64,000 nt of DNA from contig NC_043003.1 in assembly GCF_006345805.1 (NCBI RefSeq), positions 43,338,001 through 43,402,000 of the forward strand, given 5' to 3'. The notes under the pieces are model-generated. The model had not been told where the DNA came from. It worked only from the letters and a program-made list of their open reading frames with translations, and ran no database searches. The first letter of the stretch is position 1, and each line of letters begins with the position of its first letter. A program made the position numbers and the translations under genes. This DNA is from Octopus sinensis (lineage: Eukaryota). Shown here piece after piece: positions 13,292 to 25,493 of this stretch.

Positions 13292-13819
13292 TTAATTGTT
13301 TGTCGTAGACCCGTTTAGAAGTGGCTTGTATTTTGTAATAAAGAGATTTTCTTTACTTATTCGTTGTCTCGAGGTTGTATCGTCCCTAAATTGGTAGAGG
13401 GGGAAAATTCTGAAGTTTGGTGTTTTTTTGTTGGCGCAAGTATCTATGTGTTGACTAAAAGCTATTTTTCTGTTTTGGGGAATTTTTATCTGGGATCTGT
13501 GCAGGGCCATTCGTTTACGCAAACCATTTTTTGTTTGGCCTATGTACTGCTCTTGACACCCGGAGCAGGTTAGTGAGTATATTAGGTTCTCCGAAGCACA
13601 TGTGAAGTTGCTTTTCACTGTAAACCGTTGTCCCTGCTTAAAGGAGAACTCTGATCCCTCAATTAGATAGGCGCATATCCCGCAATTGGGTCTTCCACAT
13701 TTTTTTACTGTCGGCTTCTGTGTTGAGGAGTGAATTCGGGCTTGTGTAAGGAGACTTTTCATGGATCTAGGTTGTCTTTTGCTTTTTATGATCGTGTGTG
13801 TTTGGAGGATTGTGTTCAT
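13292..13819 (-). CDS. Penelope GIY-YIG endonuclease domain (open fragment of the element ORF)
   Basis: CGRPNCGIC zinc motif, NFTCASENLIYSLTCSGCQEQYIGQTKNGLRKRMALHR, and C-terminal FITKYKPLLN. The listed start is probably an artefact of an upstream frameshift. Confidence 0.85.
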   Translation of the reverse strand: MNTILQTHTIIKSKRQPRSMKSLLTQARIHSSTQKPTVKKCGRPNCGICAYLIEGSEFSFKQGQRFTVKSNFTCASENLIYSLTCSGCQEQYIGQTKNGLRKRMALHRSQIKIPQNRKIAFSQHIDTCANKKTPNFRIFPLYQFRDDTTSRQRISKENLFITKYKPLLNGSTTNN

Positions 13820-14202
13820 TCATTCTGTGGTCTTTTTTAGGAGGGGTATGTTGTGGAGGATGGTGTCGAAGGCTTCGTTATTGAGAGGGTTGTGTGTGGA
13901 GATGTATGGTAAGGCTTTTGCTTGTAAGTTTTTCTTTGATTTGGGATGTCTCAGTTCCTTGATGTTAAGTTGATGGGCACGTTGAATGCACTTGTCAATA
14001 AGTGAAGGTGGATAGTTCCTGGTGATTAGGGTATCTTTTAGTTCTTGTAGTCTGTGTCTCTGTGCTGGTGTTTGCGTTAGAGACTATAGTGCATATCCTT
14101 TTTGCTAGATTGAAGGGATATTCATCCTGGTGTGTCTGGGGTGGCATGAATTGAATGGAAGATATTGCTTAGAGTCTGTAGGCTTATAGTATATGTCTGT
14201 TT

Positions 14203-14358
<156 letters not shown>

Positions 14359-14570
14359 GAATTATATATAAGATTAATTTACCGAATGTTTTGCTTTTCT
14401 AACGGCGTTTCTGCGTTCGGAAATAAAGTAAAATCGTATTTGTAGCTTACAGCACATTTCAGAGTTTATAAAAATAGAAAACAGGTGTTTATTTTTTCGT
14501 TCATATTTATATAAACGCGGCTGTACATTCATCTTTAAAGGCGTCTAAAAAGCGGATTAAATTGTTGGCA

Positions 14571-14642
14571 GGTAGTTTAGCTTAATGGTAGAGTACTTTG
14601 GTGCAGTCTTCAAGAGATGTAGTTTTGAATCCCATGGCTGTT
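14571..14642 (+). other. tRNA-like Pol III cassette between ~50-bp direct repeats
   Basis: A-box TAGCTTAATGG and B-box-like GTTTTGAATCC at tRNA spacing. The cloverleaf is degenerate. Confidence 0.5.
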
Positions 14643-14769
14643 TATTGACAAATATTTCCATTTTGCTCGGGTAATGTACTCGATGCTTTCGTTGTTCTAA
14701 CAGCGTCTCTGCGTTCTAAAATATATTATCATCTTATATATAGTTATTTATATATGTATGCATTTCCAT

Positions 14770-14929
14770 ATGTGTGTAGCTTTGTTGTAAGAAGCTTGCT
14801 TTGCAAATCCATAGTTCTGGGTTTAGTCATACATCGTGGCCCATTGGTCTAGTGTTTTCTACTGTAGCCACGAGCCAACAAATCCTTGTGCGTGGATTAG
14901 GGAGAAAGAAGCTCAAAGAAACCCGTCGC

Positions 14930-14930
<1 letters not shown>
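14770..14930 (+). mobile_element. tRNA/CORE-type SINE 5' part
   Basis: gtaagaagcttgctt...ggtttagtc...gtgttttctactgtagcc...gaaacccgtcg. Same family as the copies at 28285, 29105 and 62705. Confidence 0.7.
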
Positions 14931-14984
<54 letters not shown>

Positions 14985-15589
14985 TTATGTGCGTGTATGT
15001 ATTTGTGCTTAAATAACATTGTTTAATTGTGTACATAAGTAAAAAAACAAGGTGTATACCTAAGAAATAGGATTAACTTACAACTTTACTCTTAAATAAA
15101 TGTGGAAAGAAAAATGGACATTGGTTATTTATCATTGACTCAAGTATCAATAGAAAAAAACGACTTACTAGCAATTGTATACATAAACTGCATGTATAAT
15201 AAATTTGCAATGATTTGAGAGTTGCTCTTTAAGTGAAAAATATATAATATTTATTAATGAACGTTAAAATTCCGTTAAAATGTATCATGTTCTTTTGATT
15301 CCAGCTGTTTTATTATATATGATGAATTGCTTTAAAATATAGGCTCACCTCGTAACACGAAGCTGACAGAGCTTCGTGCATGCGTATTACTTAGAGAGGT
15401 TTTAATTCAGTAGTGAAACGTAAAGGATACACGCTGCGCTAATGTTCTCAGATTAGGTGTTCACACATGATGTTAGGCCATATATTAGATTAACAGTGTT
15501 GGCGATGCATTAGAATCTTGATCAACACAATTCATTTCACGAGTAGCAGGTTAGTGATAGAGTACCCAACTTCAATCTCGATATTTTGA

Positions 15590-15830
15590 CGAGACATCAT
15601 AGCATTACGAAGGTCCTGTTGCTGGATGCCTGTATCCCTGGTGATTACATCAGGGTAGGAGAGTGTGCGCCCTCTGGTATTGCGAGTAGATGGCTTCCAG
15701 ATGAGAAATTTGTCGATGGGCGTCAAGCGTGCTGGTCCAAATGTTTGCCCTTCCCATTTCTGTTCTTCTGTTCTTTATATTCATTTGTGGATTTCTTCCA
15801 GACGTTAATCCATCATTCACGTGTTTAGCT
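15590..15830 (-). mobile_element. RTE-type LINE 3' fragment
   Basis: LIWKPSTRNTRGRTLSYPDVITRDTGIQQQDLRNAMM matches the RTE C-terminal pattern (W.P...R.RGR...Y.D). Confidence 0.7.
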
Positions 15831-16317
15831 CAAAGCTATATTCATTTATTGTCTTCGTCTATCGTTTTAAATTACTGTTGTTTAATTTCGTACGTCTACC
15901 CTGTATTAATTTTTTGCTCAAGAATTTCCTAGTTTTATCGTTAAAGGCATGAAAATAGGTATCAGTAGTGTTCGGTCGATAAATGATGAAGTATTAGGGT
16001 TCTAGTCAGGGACTCTCCCATGCAAAGGTTTTGTAGTATCTAATGCATTTTTCATTTATGGAATAACTGAACGCTTGGCGTCGTGATATTTGTTTACACT
16101 ATATATATATATATATTATATATTATATAATATATATATATAATGTATATATATACATACATACATATATACATACATACATACATACATACATACATAC
16201 ATACATACATACATACATAAATACATATATATATATATATATTATATATATATATATGTTTATTATATATATATATATACTTATGGTTGAAAAGGAACAC
16301 ACGTGTTGATATATATG

Positions 16318-16575
16318 GAAAAAAGTCAAGGTAGAAAATGTTAAAATAATTTTAGAAAACGGCATTTCAGTACCGGTTTCAGTCATTGAGACTTTTTCAA
16401 CTGTAAGTATGGAAAACAATTAAATTGGAGAAAAATTAAAAGAAAATATCTTAAAAAGAATATTGCATATTATTCAAATATAAGGTCATTTTCCTTGTTT
16501 CTGCCTATTTCTAACTCACTTGTTTACTCTTGTGGGTTGGAGCTCGTTGTGAATTCTTGGTAGTTAAGAAGTAGA

Positions 16576-16652
<77 letters not shown>

Positions 16653-16913
16653 TACATATATATATATAATATATATATATATTATATATATATATCGAGA
16701 GAGAGAGAGAGAGAGATAGGGGGGAGATAGAAAGAAAGTGAGAGACGGAGCGGGGAAAGATGGAGAGGTTGGATAGATAGGAAGAGAGACAAAAAATAGA
16801 TAGATAGTTATACATATATGTGGTTTGAAGAACAGGAACAAAATTCCACTTAAGTTGAAGGTTGCGATATACGACGGGAATCTGGTAGAGTCGATAACAA
16901 ACCATGCCAGATG
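16318..16913 (-). mobile_element. Second family-A-like Penelope 3' end with internal microsatellite
   Basis: 16318-16570 aligns with 12477-12730. 16820-16905 reads YQIPV...LQLKWNF, like a GIY-YIG C-terminus. Confidence 0.75.
16363..16407 (-). ncRNA. Minimal type-I hammerhead ribozyme, U3-A8 core variant (copy 2)
   Basis: Reverse strand: cttacag-TTGAAAA-agtc(tcaat)gact-GAAA-ccgg-TA-ctgaaatg. Confidence 0.7.
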
Positions 16914-16914
16914 C

Positions 16915-17060
16915 TTAAAAGTATTTCAATCGGCCTTATATTCTGGTCTCGAATATAAGGCTTTGAATTTTATAATTTCGGTGTCGATGAAATAAGTACC
17001 AGTTGTGATGTAATTGACTCTCTCTCGCCTGATATTAGTAACCCTGCGCCAAAATTTAAA
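16915..17060 (+). mobile_element. Decayed OK-type SINE
   Basis: Central domain ttcggtgtcgatgaaataagtaccagttg. Confidence 0.55.
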
Positions 17061-18111
17061 ATCAAAACATGTAATGTATTTAGCCTAAATAATAAATTTA
17101 AATGTATTCAAGTTATATCAAAATAAGCGCACAACTTTTCATATACTGAAGAAAACAGATGTTAACAATCTATGATTTTGCTAGTAATTTCTAAAAACTT
17201 ATAAGTAAATCATGCCATGTCTTGTACCAATAGTGCTGAGCCAGCAAAATCTTTAAATTCAATGATATAATTTGAAAGCTTGCTCTGCTATTCAGAAAAG
17301 TAATTTTCCGAGGAATTGTTTCATGCGCAGTATAGTTAAAGCATAAAAGGTTCTATAATACACCAGAGTTATGAAGCAATGTATAAAAGATTTTATACTT
17401 ACATGAAAATCGAATCGCATATTAATTATGAATACAATATTATTAAATACGTGTGTGTGCTTTCATGTGTGTGTGTGTCTAAATACATATAAATACAAGA
17501 GTGTATGTATGAATAATCATCTTCGTAATTGGCTGAAATTACTGTAACAGACACTAATTACAAACATGCAAATATGGCTTATACACACTTATGCATTCAT
17601 GTATGTATGTCTGTGTGTGTATGTGTATGTGTGTTTGTATGTGCGCGCACACACACATATAGATGCTGTAAAAGGAGGTGATATATGCAACTGACACAGT
17701 TCGATAGATACCGATAAAGCACATGTTCACACTTATTTGCCCGGATTCACACCTATACATTTATGAATGTGTAAATCATCTCTATAGAGAATATTGAGTG
17801 ATTGACTTGTACATTGTCCTGATGAAACGTAATGAATATATTTTAATATAACCTCAAGCGAACTAAATTTACATATACACAGTTAATAAGGAATAATGGA
17901 TGATAATTTGATTTTTACAGGCCTTGTAGCGCATTAATGCGAACAATCTAGATAAAAATCTAGTTATAGTTTATTGGCTGTAAGGTTTATTGTGGTGCAT
18001 ATAGCTGATATATTCTACATCTATTGTGAGGAAACGTTCTTATATTTATGTGATAAATCGAAGTTGACATATCAAGAGATACCACTTACTAATGTAAACG
18101 TCGGTATATAC

Positions 18112-18193
<82 letters not shown>

Positions 18194-18289
18194 TATATAT
18201 ACATACATAGATACATGCATACATACATAATACTATATATATATATATATATAAATACACACATACATGCACGCACATATATATATTTC

Positions 18290-18480
18290 GTTTTTGTATT
18301 TGGTTCCCAAGATACATTACGTGAATTGGTGTGTTGAAGTATATTTCATTGTGTTTGGGGAAAGTCATTCTTTTGTAATGCCTTATTAATTAACACACTC
18401 ACCGGTTCGATTTTCACTCATTTACTTCTTTCTTCTAAAATTTTCGTTGATCCTTACAAACTCTCCAATAGTTGTTGATT
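18290..18480 (-). mobile_element. Probable PLE terminal fragment (separate family) with decayed hammerhead-like motif
   Basis: Abuts (TA)n. Reverse strand cta-ttggaga-gtttg(taaggat)caac-gaaa-att-t-tag at 18435-18471. Confidence 0.4.
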
Positions 18481-18499
18481 CTGTCCATTATTGCTGCTG

Positions 18500-20403
18500 C
18501 GTTCCTTTGTTACAACAGGTGCTACGGCCATTCGTTGAAATATCCCCGGATGTCTGCGTGGACACAGAGGATTCCCGCTGTAGAACAAGTAGTTATAACC
18601 ACTCCAACGACCCTCGATAGATGAGGGAAAGACAGCAATAAGTAAAATGAATTTTGGTAGTGCACTTGGAAGAGATGGAGTTTGTGCTGAGGTCTTGAGA
18701 TTTGGTGGTGATTACATCACACAGGCCTTTCATGAACTTATTAGTGTAGACTGACGGGAGGGTGCAATTCTTAAGGACGGATGGAATGCAATTATTCTTC
18801 CTCTCTATATAGCAAAAGGAGTCAGAATAATGTGTGGTAAATATAAAGGTGTTGCTCTATTATGAGCTGTTGGCAAAGTTCTGGCAAATATTCTTCTTAA
18901 GCCTGAATGGGTGTCTCGTATATGATGTATCTGAATCTCAGTGTAGCTTCCAATCTGGTAGAGCGACAATGGATATGATTTTCACAGCAAGACAAATGCA
19001 GGAGAAATACTATGAGTAGAGTATGGATCTTGCCCAGCTATTCATGGATTTAACCAGGGCCATTGACACTGTGAAATAGGGTCTTGCTATGGAAAATACT
19101 TGGCAAACTTGGATGTCCGGATCACTTTCTATCTATAATCCAATCATTGAATAATAGGATGGAGGCTTGAGTCAATGCTGGCGGTGGCATGGCGGGACCC
19201 ATTCCTGTATAGAATGGTGTCAAGCAGGGTGATATCCTTGCCCCAACTTTCATTTCTTTTTATTTGTTTGCTACTTTTACTCATGCTTTTACTAAGGTAA
19301 GATATCTGGGAATCAGGTATCGATCTTCTGACTGCCTCTTTAATCTGCGTCGATTTGCTGTCAATTCAAAAGTTTACCAGTCTCTAATACGTGACCTCCC
19401 TTATGCAGATGATTGTGATTTAGTCACTCATACAGTGGATGAGATGCGAATACTTAGGAATCGTGTTTCTGCTGCTTGCAAGGTATTTGGACTCAGCATT
19501 AGCCTAGTCAAGATTGTTGCAATGTCCCAGCTTGCGTCAGGAAATACATTTGTGGATTCAGCTATCTTGGTTGAAGGAACAATACTCAAAGTGGTAGACA
19601 AGTTTTTCTTCCTGGGCAGCAAACTCAGCCATTCTTGCTCCCGGGATAATGAATTAGCTTTCAGGTTGCAGACAGTAACTGATTCCTTCCGGTCTCTTGA
19701 GTCCCGAGTCTGGTCCCAGCATGCGATCATAAGTCAAACAAAAATTGCTGTGTACCAGGCATGTGTACTGACATCGCCCTCGCCCCTTTAATCATGCGAG
19801 ACATGGACACTTTACAAACGTCATGTAAATGTCCTTGAACGCTTTCATCAGCTATGTCTGAGACACAATCTGTACGTCGGCTGGACCTTAAAAACTTCAG
19901 ACACACAGGTCCTGAGGAAAGATGATATCTTGAGTATATTAGCGATAGTGATCAAGCACAGGTTACGTTGGACTGGATACCTTATTGAAATGAAGAATAG
20001 CAAATGTTCTATAGGGAAGATGTTAGTGGGAAGAGACCCTGACAGAAACCAAGGCTGCGATTTAAGGCCTGTTATATGGACATGTAATATGCAGAAGACC
20101 GACTGGGAGAGCAATTCCTGTCATCGCCACAGATGGAAGAGCAGATTAAGGAGAGGGTTAGCACCTTTGAGAGAACACTTATATTGCATGAAGAACTCTC
20201 GCGTGCTGCTAATGTAGTGAATGGGGAAAGCTTGGTTTGTAATGTTTGCAGTCGTGTATGCTTGTCAAGGGCAAGGCTCATTAGCCACCAATGCTAATAC
20301 TAGTACAAGTACTACTACAGTTGCAAAATATATGTTAGTCCCGTATAGTACAATGCTCCTAAATGTCAGCAATGGTCTTCCTCGATCACGAGTGGACGGC
20401 CAT
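18500..20403 (+). mobile_element. RTE-clade (BovB-like) LINE, 5'-truncated and degenerate
   Basis: PSIDE.KTAI; ESQCSFQSGRATMDMIFTARQMQEK; NGVKQGDILAP; LFNLRR; RDLPYADDCDLV; HRLRWTGY; C-terminal CNVCSRVCLS...LISH zinc finger. Confidence 0.92.
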
Positions 20404-20911
20404 TATGTATACATTTTTATGTGTAAATATATAAGTATGTCTATAGTTGTATACAAAATACCACTTATCTGACGTATTTTCAGAGTCAAAAAGTAAAAGA
20501 AATATATGCGTGATGATAATATCTAAGTAAAATTTTCCACGTACGTGTATAAATATTTTCAGATGAGTAGAATATTTTAAACTGGTTTTTATAAGAATTA
20601 TACTTAAGGGTCTTTCCTCTGAGATTAAAAGACATACACATGTCAAATTTTTGTAGGATCTTCTACATGATGTGTGTATATGTATGCATAAGTAATCTTC
20701 TTGTAAACCACAAAGACAATACATTCACAGAGACGTTGCTATTAATTTTCATGCGATATGTATTATATACTTCTCTCTCGATTTACATAACTCTCTATCT
20801 TTTTAAGAAATATACACGCGCAGATTCCTGAAAACACACGCAAACACACATACATACACGCACACACACACCTTCTGATATATATGCATATGTGTGTGTG
20901 ATTTATATTCT

Positions 20912-20982
<71 letters not shown>

Positions 20983-21149
20983 CTACACCCATGTTCGTAT
21001 GCATCCATTTGTGGGAATTTGATTATATAAGAGTGGAAGATAGAGAAGGAAGGAGATTATGAAAAGGACATTGAAAAACATTTTAAACTTACTTGAAGAT
21101 TCAGTTGATAAAGTAAAAAGAAAAAAAAAATTGTATATCACTTCTATAG

Positions 21150-21201
<52 letters not shown>

Positions 21202-21704
21202 TATTATTATTATTATTATTACTATTATAAGAAACAAAATAGAAAGTGATCGCACGAGAAAGAAAACTATAGAGATACCAAAATATAAATATATAGAAAA
21301 TATTATCCAAATGGAGTTTATGTCCTCCCAAACGTTCGCCATTATGGATTCAGTTTTTTCTGATCTTTCTTTTTCTTTGTATGTGTATTCAACATTTGTT
21401 TTTCGTTATTCGATTTTTTTTATTTGGTGTTTTGTTTATGCAGTGAATATTTCCCCATGTAATGAATGGGAAATCTCCTAGCTAAGCGTAGAGGAATATC
21501 CTTTATTTTATTTTATAAATGTTGTGTATATACTTTGTTATATCAGATTTTATTTTTCCTAAAAGTGATATTATGATGTTCAGATATTAGAGGATTATCC
21601 GATATTGCTGATCGTATCTTTAGATATATTCGTGAATACGTAAGAAATGTAAATATGACAAGAATACAGAAGTAATATCAATATCATTGTTATTGTTATT
21701 GTTG

Positions 21705-21751
<47 letters not shown>

Positions 21752-23133
21752 GTTATTATTATTATTTTAATTTTTTTATTATTATTATTGGTGATGGTAA
21801 CAAAACAAAAATAAATAAGAACAGCAATGCTAATACTAATACAATTACTACTACTACTACAACTAATAAGATGTTTAAAAAATATCTATATTAATATGGT
21901 TGAAAAATACATGAAAAAAATCTGTATGGGATGGCAGTTTTATTCGTGACATACTCAACATCAGCGAGTAGAATATTATATGTTTGATGTAAACCGATTT
22001 ATTTTCGATAAAAGTGAACTTTCTGACTCTATTTTGAACGACCCAGAATGATGGTTGTTTTTCAATAACAACAGGTAGCATTGATTCAACCACAAAGGCA
22101 GACAAACGGACCCATGCGTAGTTCGTACAAAAGCAAGCAAATGTACACCTAATAAAGCACTGGGTACACAAAATTATACGCACATGTAATCCACAAGCAC
22201 GAATGGGCAGAATATAAAGAGTCGAACTCACGGTTATAAATTATCTATATGCTGGCTCTTACAATTCTTGCTTGGATTTCCTTTTTAAAGCGACTTGACT
22301 ACACACACACACACATACACCCCCCACACAAACAAACAAAACACACACACACACATATATATACATATATAAATACATAAATGGAGTTAAACGCTGGTGT
22401 TATTCAAAAGTTTTTACTTCCGATATATGTTTCAAAGAAAACATAGGTATTATTCCAGATGGAATAAAATGATGTAAAACAATGCAATCTTCTGATCGGG
22501 AAAAAAATAGACCAAACACATCAGTAAAACATCTTAACAGAATGTGATGACTGCGTGTGTGATTAAGGGATTTTTTTTACACCGTTAATAGATATAACGT
22601 CAAAGGCAGTTTATAGAAAGAGGAGGAGGAGGAGGAGAAAGAAAGAAATTATCAGAAGTCTAACAGTGGAGAGATATAGAGCAATAAGGGAATAGGAATA
22701 AAGCTTAAAGGCTTGGAAGTAGATATATGTAGTGGAAGTGAAATGTAAGAAGACAGTTAAAGGTCGAATTTTATAGAATGGTAGAAATCACTTTTAGGAA
22801 CTAGAAGGTATGTTTTTGCCAATGTTTGCAACGATAAACGCGTTCTTTAAACATGTTTACAAGAGAATCTCTGAGAACAGGATGAAATACACTCCATCGT
22901 TACAAAGTGAACAGAAAGATTTATCTTTATCATACGGAAATTATTTAGATAGAATATTTAATCCCAAATCATACTGTTTAATATGATAAATACAGACATT
23001 TCACCAAAACCTGGAATTTCTACCTTTCCAAGTAGGCTGTTAGATCCTTGGTACTTGTGTGAATTTTAGCTACCCTGGTAACTATTTATTTATCTTTTCC
23101 GTGTTATTTGTAAATATTAGAAAATACATATAC

Positions 23134-23272
<139 letters not shown>

Positions 23273-23273
23273 T

Positions 23274-24305
23274 TGATATGGGGAGGTCAATTGGGAAACA
23301 ACTGCTATGACCTATTTGCTGGTTTGTAGTCTGAAAGTCTGGGATATAAAGTTATTGTCCTTTGTTCTGTCAGATTCACGAAAGAGTAATGACTATCGGA
23401 GAGACCTCTTCCCTTTTTCCGGTCAAAGAAGGGGCGACGAAGCTACCCTTTAAAAAGCGACGAGCTGTGAGTTTGTGGACAGTTCGGCCGGAGACAGCGA
23501 CCTGGCGTGAGGGTCGATGCAGAGATGACAAGCGAGAGAATGACAGTGAATGTGAAAGAGGAAGACAGGCAGATAGGATTAAGGTGCTGAGAAGGAGCTG
23601 GGAGAGATTACGGCGAGAGGCAACGACAACGTTGAGAAAGACATACACAGAGGATTGAGAGGGGGGGATTACGGCGTGAAGGCACTGGCTCCTATTTGTA
23701 GTAGGAGCTCGTAACGGTATGTTTATTTATGTTTTGATGTGTTAAAGAAGGAAAAATAATTGTTGAAATGTAAAATATTGATGTGGAAAAAGAAATGAGA
23801 TTATAAAGAAGATTGTGAATTGTGTTACAGAGTTGTTGAAAAAGAAAGAGAAAGACTCTAATGTAGATATTATTTGAACTTTGAAATGTATCGTTAATGT
23901 GAATATTATTTGTTTTAATTTGATCTGAACTGTTGTCTCCGGACTGTATATTGTACCTGCACGCTTTGATTTGTCGTTTTCTTGTTTTCTTGCATGTTAT
24001 TCTCTTTGATGTACCTGATGTAGTTTACATTATATTTGAAGTCGTAATAATTGTCATAAACTGTTGTTAAACGTAAGCCAAATTGCCTTCCGTCGTGTCT
24101 CTCTGTATCTCTTCCTGCTGTTGTTTGTTGTTGTTCTCTCCGGTCGCCGGTTGCCGAGTTCGCTGCCGCCTCCCCCCCCCCACCGAATTCTCTCTCTGAG
24201 TCCGTGGCGAATTCTCCGTTCGATCGAGCCGGTCGATCGTCGTCGCTCGACTTGGTAGGGTTCCGGGTTTCCGAAGAGTTTGAGCGACGGCAGATATTCG
24301 TAACA
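23274..24305 (-). mobile_element. Probable solo LTR (~1.03 kb) in (TA)n
   Basis: TG...CA termini (tgatat / gtaaca) with ATAT on both flanks. CpG-rich, TATA-like ctacaaatagg on the minus strand near 23690-23700, no coding domain. Confidence 0.65.
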
Positions 24306-24337
24306 ATATATATATATATATAAATATACATATATAC

Positions 24338-24378
<41 letters not shown>

Positions 24379-24661
24379 TACATATTTCTCTCTCTCCCTC
24401 TCTCCCTCTCTATCGCTCTATATATATATATATGTTTATGAAAAAATAGATTTTAATTTTCTTAGAGATTTTCCATGTTCCGTTTCTTCTTGAAAAATCG
24501 AACCTTATCAAAATATATTTTAAAAAGTTAAGTGTAATAAAAATAATTCATAACTGTTTCTCACTGGTGATGTTTTGTTGGGGTAGCATAATGACTTTGT
24601 GCGTTGACTAGAATCGTTGGCTGTAACTCTGAAAATGACTGCTGGCCACCTATACTTTATA

Positions 24662-24692
<31 letters not shown>

Positions 24693-25274
24693 GTGTGTGT
24701 GTGTGTGTATGTGTGTGTGTGTGTGTGTGTGTGAGTGTGTATGTGTGTGTGTATATGCATATATGTATGTATAGAATATGGTATATTATAATACATCTCA
24801 CTTGAACAATATTTCGAGGCCTTTTGATTACTATATAGAGTTTCAAGACCTGATTGCTTACTTAACCAATGACATCTTTTCGTTTTGTACGGCTGAGACA
24901 AACATGGCGTTCAAATTGAAAAACGAAGAATAACTCTCATTCCCACATCACAACAGTATTCTCGTATTTTCAAAAAACATATTCAACACATTTACTTGCT
25001 AACATATACTTTTGAAACGTAGTGAATACTTTAGTTTCTATCATGTACTATTGCTATGACAGTAATCGACCATTTGAATCTTCCTAATTTTGTAATGATG
25101 TGAACCTTATAATATACCTTAAATTTTCAACATGTTATCATGGTGAGCATTTAATTTTTTAGTATATTTTCTTTTATGCATTCTCTTTCATTTATCTATT
25201 TATCTTCTTTTATATTATATAATCTGCACCGGGCGAAAGAACTGAAACACTGTTTGTTATAAATTATAAGACGT

Positions 25275-25347
25275 AAAAATGAACTACAAGTCTGTCTAGA
25301 TCCAGCTGCGTCCTCATCCTCTCAAACAACACTCATATTTGTGTATG

Positions 25348-25424
<77 letters not shown>

Positions 25425-25493
25425 CAGATGACGTGTTCTGTTTTGAGACATGAAGACGCACCTGCGTCTTAAGAGGAATTATAGTTATCTTTT
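25275..25493. repeat. Imperfect inverted repeat (~67-bp arms) around a microsatellite
   Basis: 25275-25341 matches the reverse complement of 25425-25493. Internal hairpin aagacgca-cc-tgcgtctt at 25453-25470. Confidence 0.65.

Larger units (their letters stand above)
12477..14202 (-). mobile_element. 5'-truncated Penelope-like element (family A)
   Basis: RT thumb TDIYYKPTDSKQYLPFNSCHPRH near 14200, GIY-YIG ORF at 13292-13819, long 3' UTR with GAA/GAT blocks and a terminal hammerhead. (TA)n at both ends. Confidence 0.92.

Noticed and set aside
14571-14642. Functional tRNA gene
   Set aside because: The acceptor and anticodon stems are degenerate, so it is kept only as tRNA-like. Other tRNA-like heads belong to SINEs.
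17810-17840. ctgatgaaacgt hammerhead core
   Set aside because: There is no helix II and no adjacent helix I pairing.
24478-24515. Minus-strand ttgataa...gaaac, a possible further U3-A8 hammerhead
   Set aside because: Helices I-III cannot be closed convincingly.
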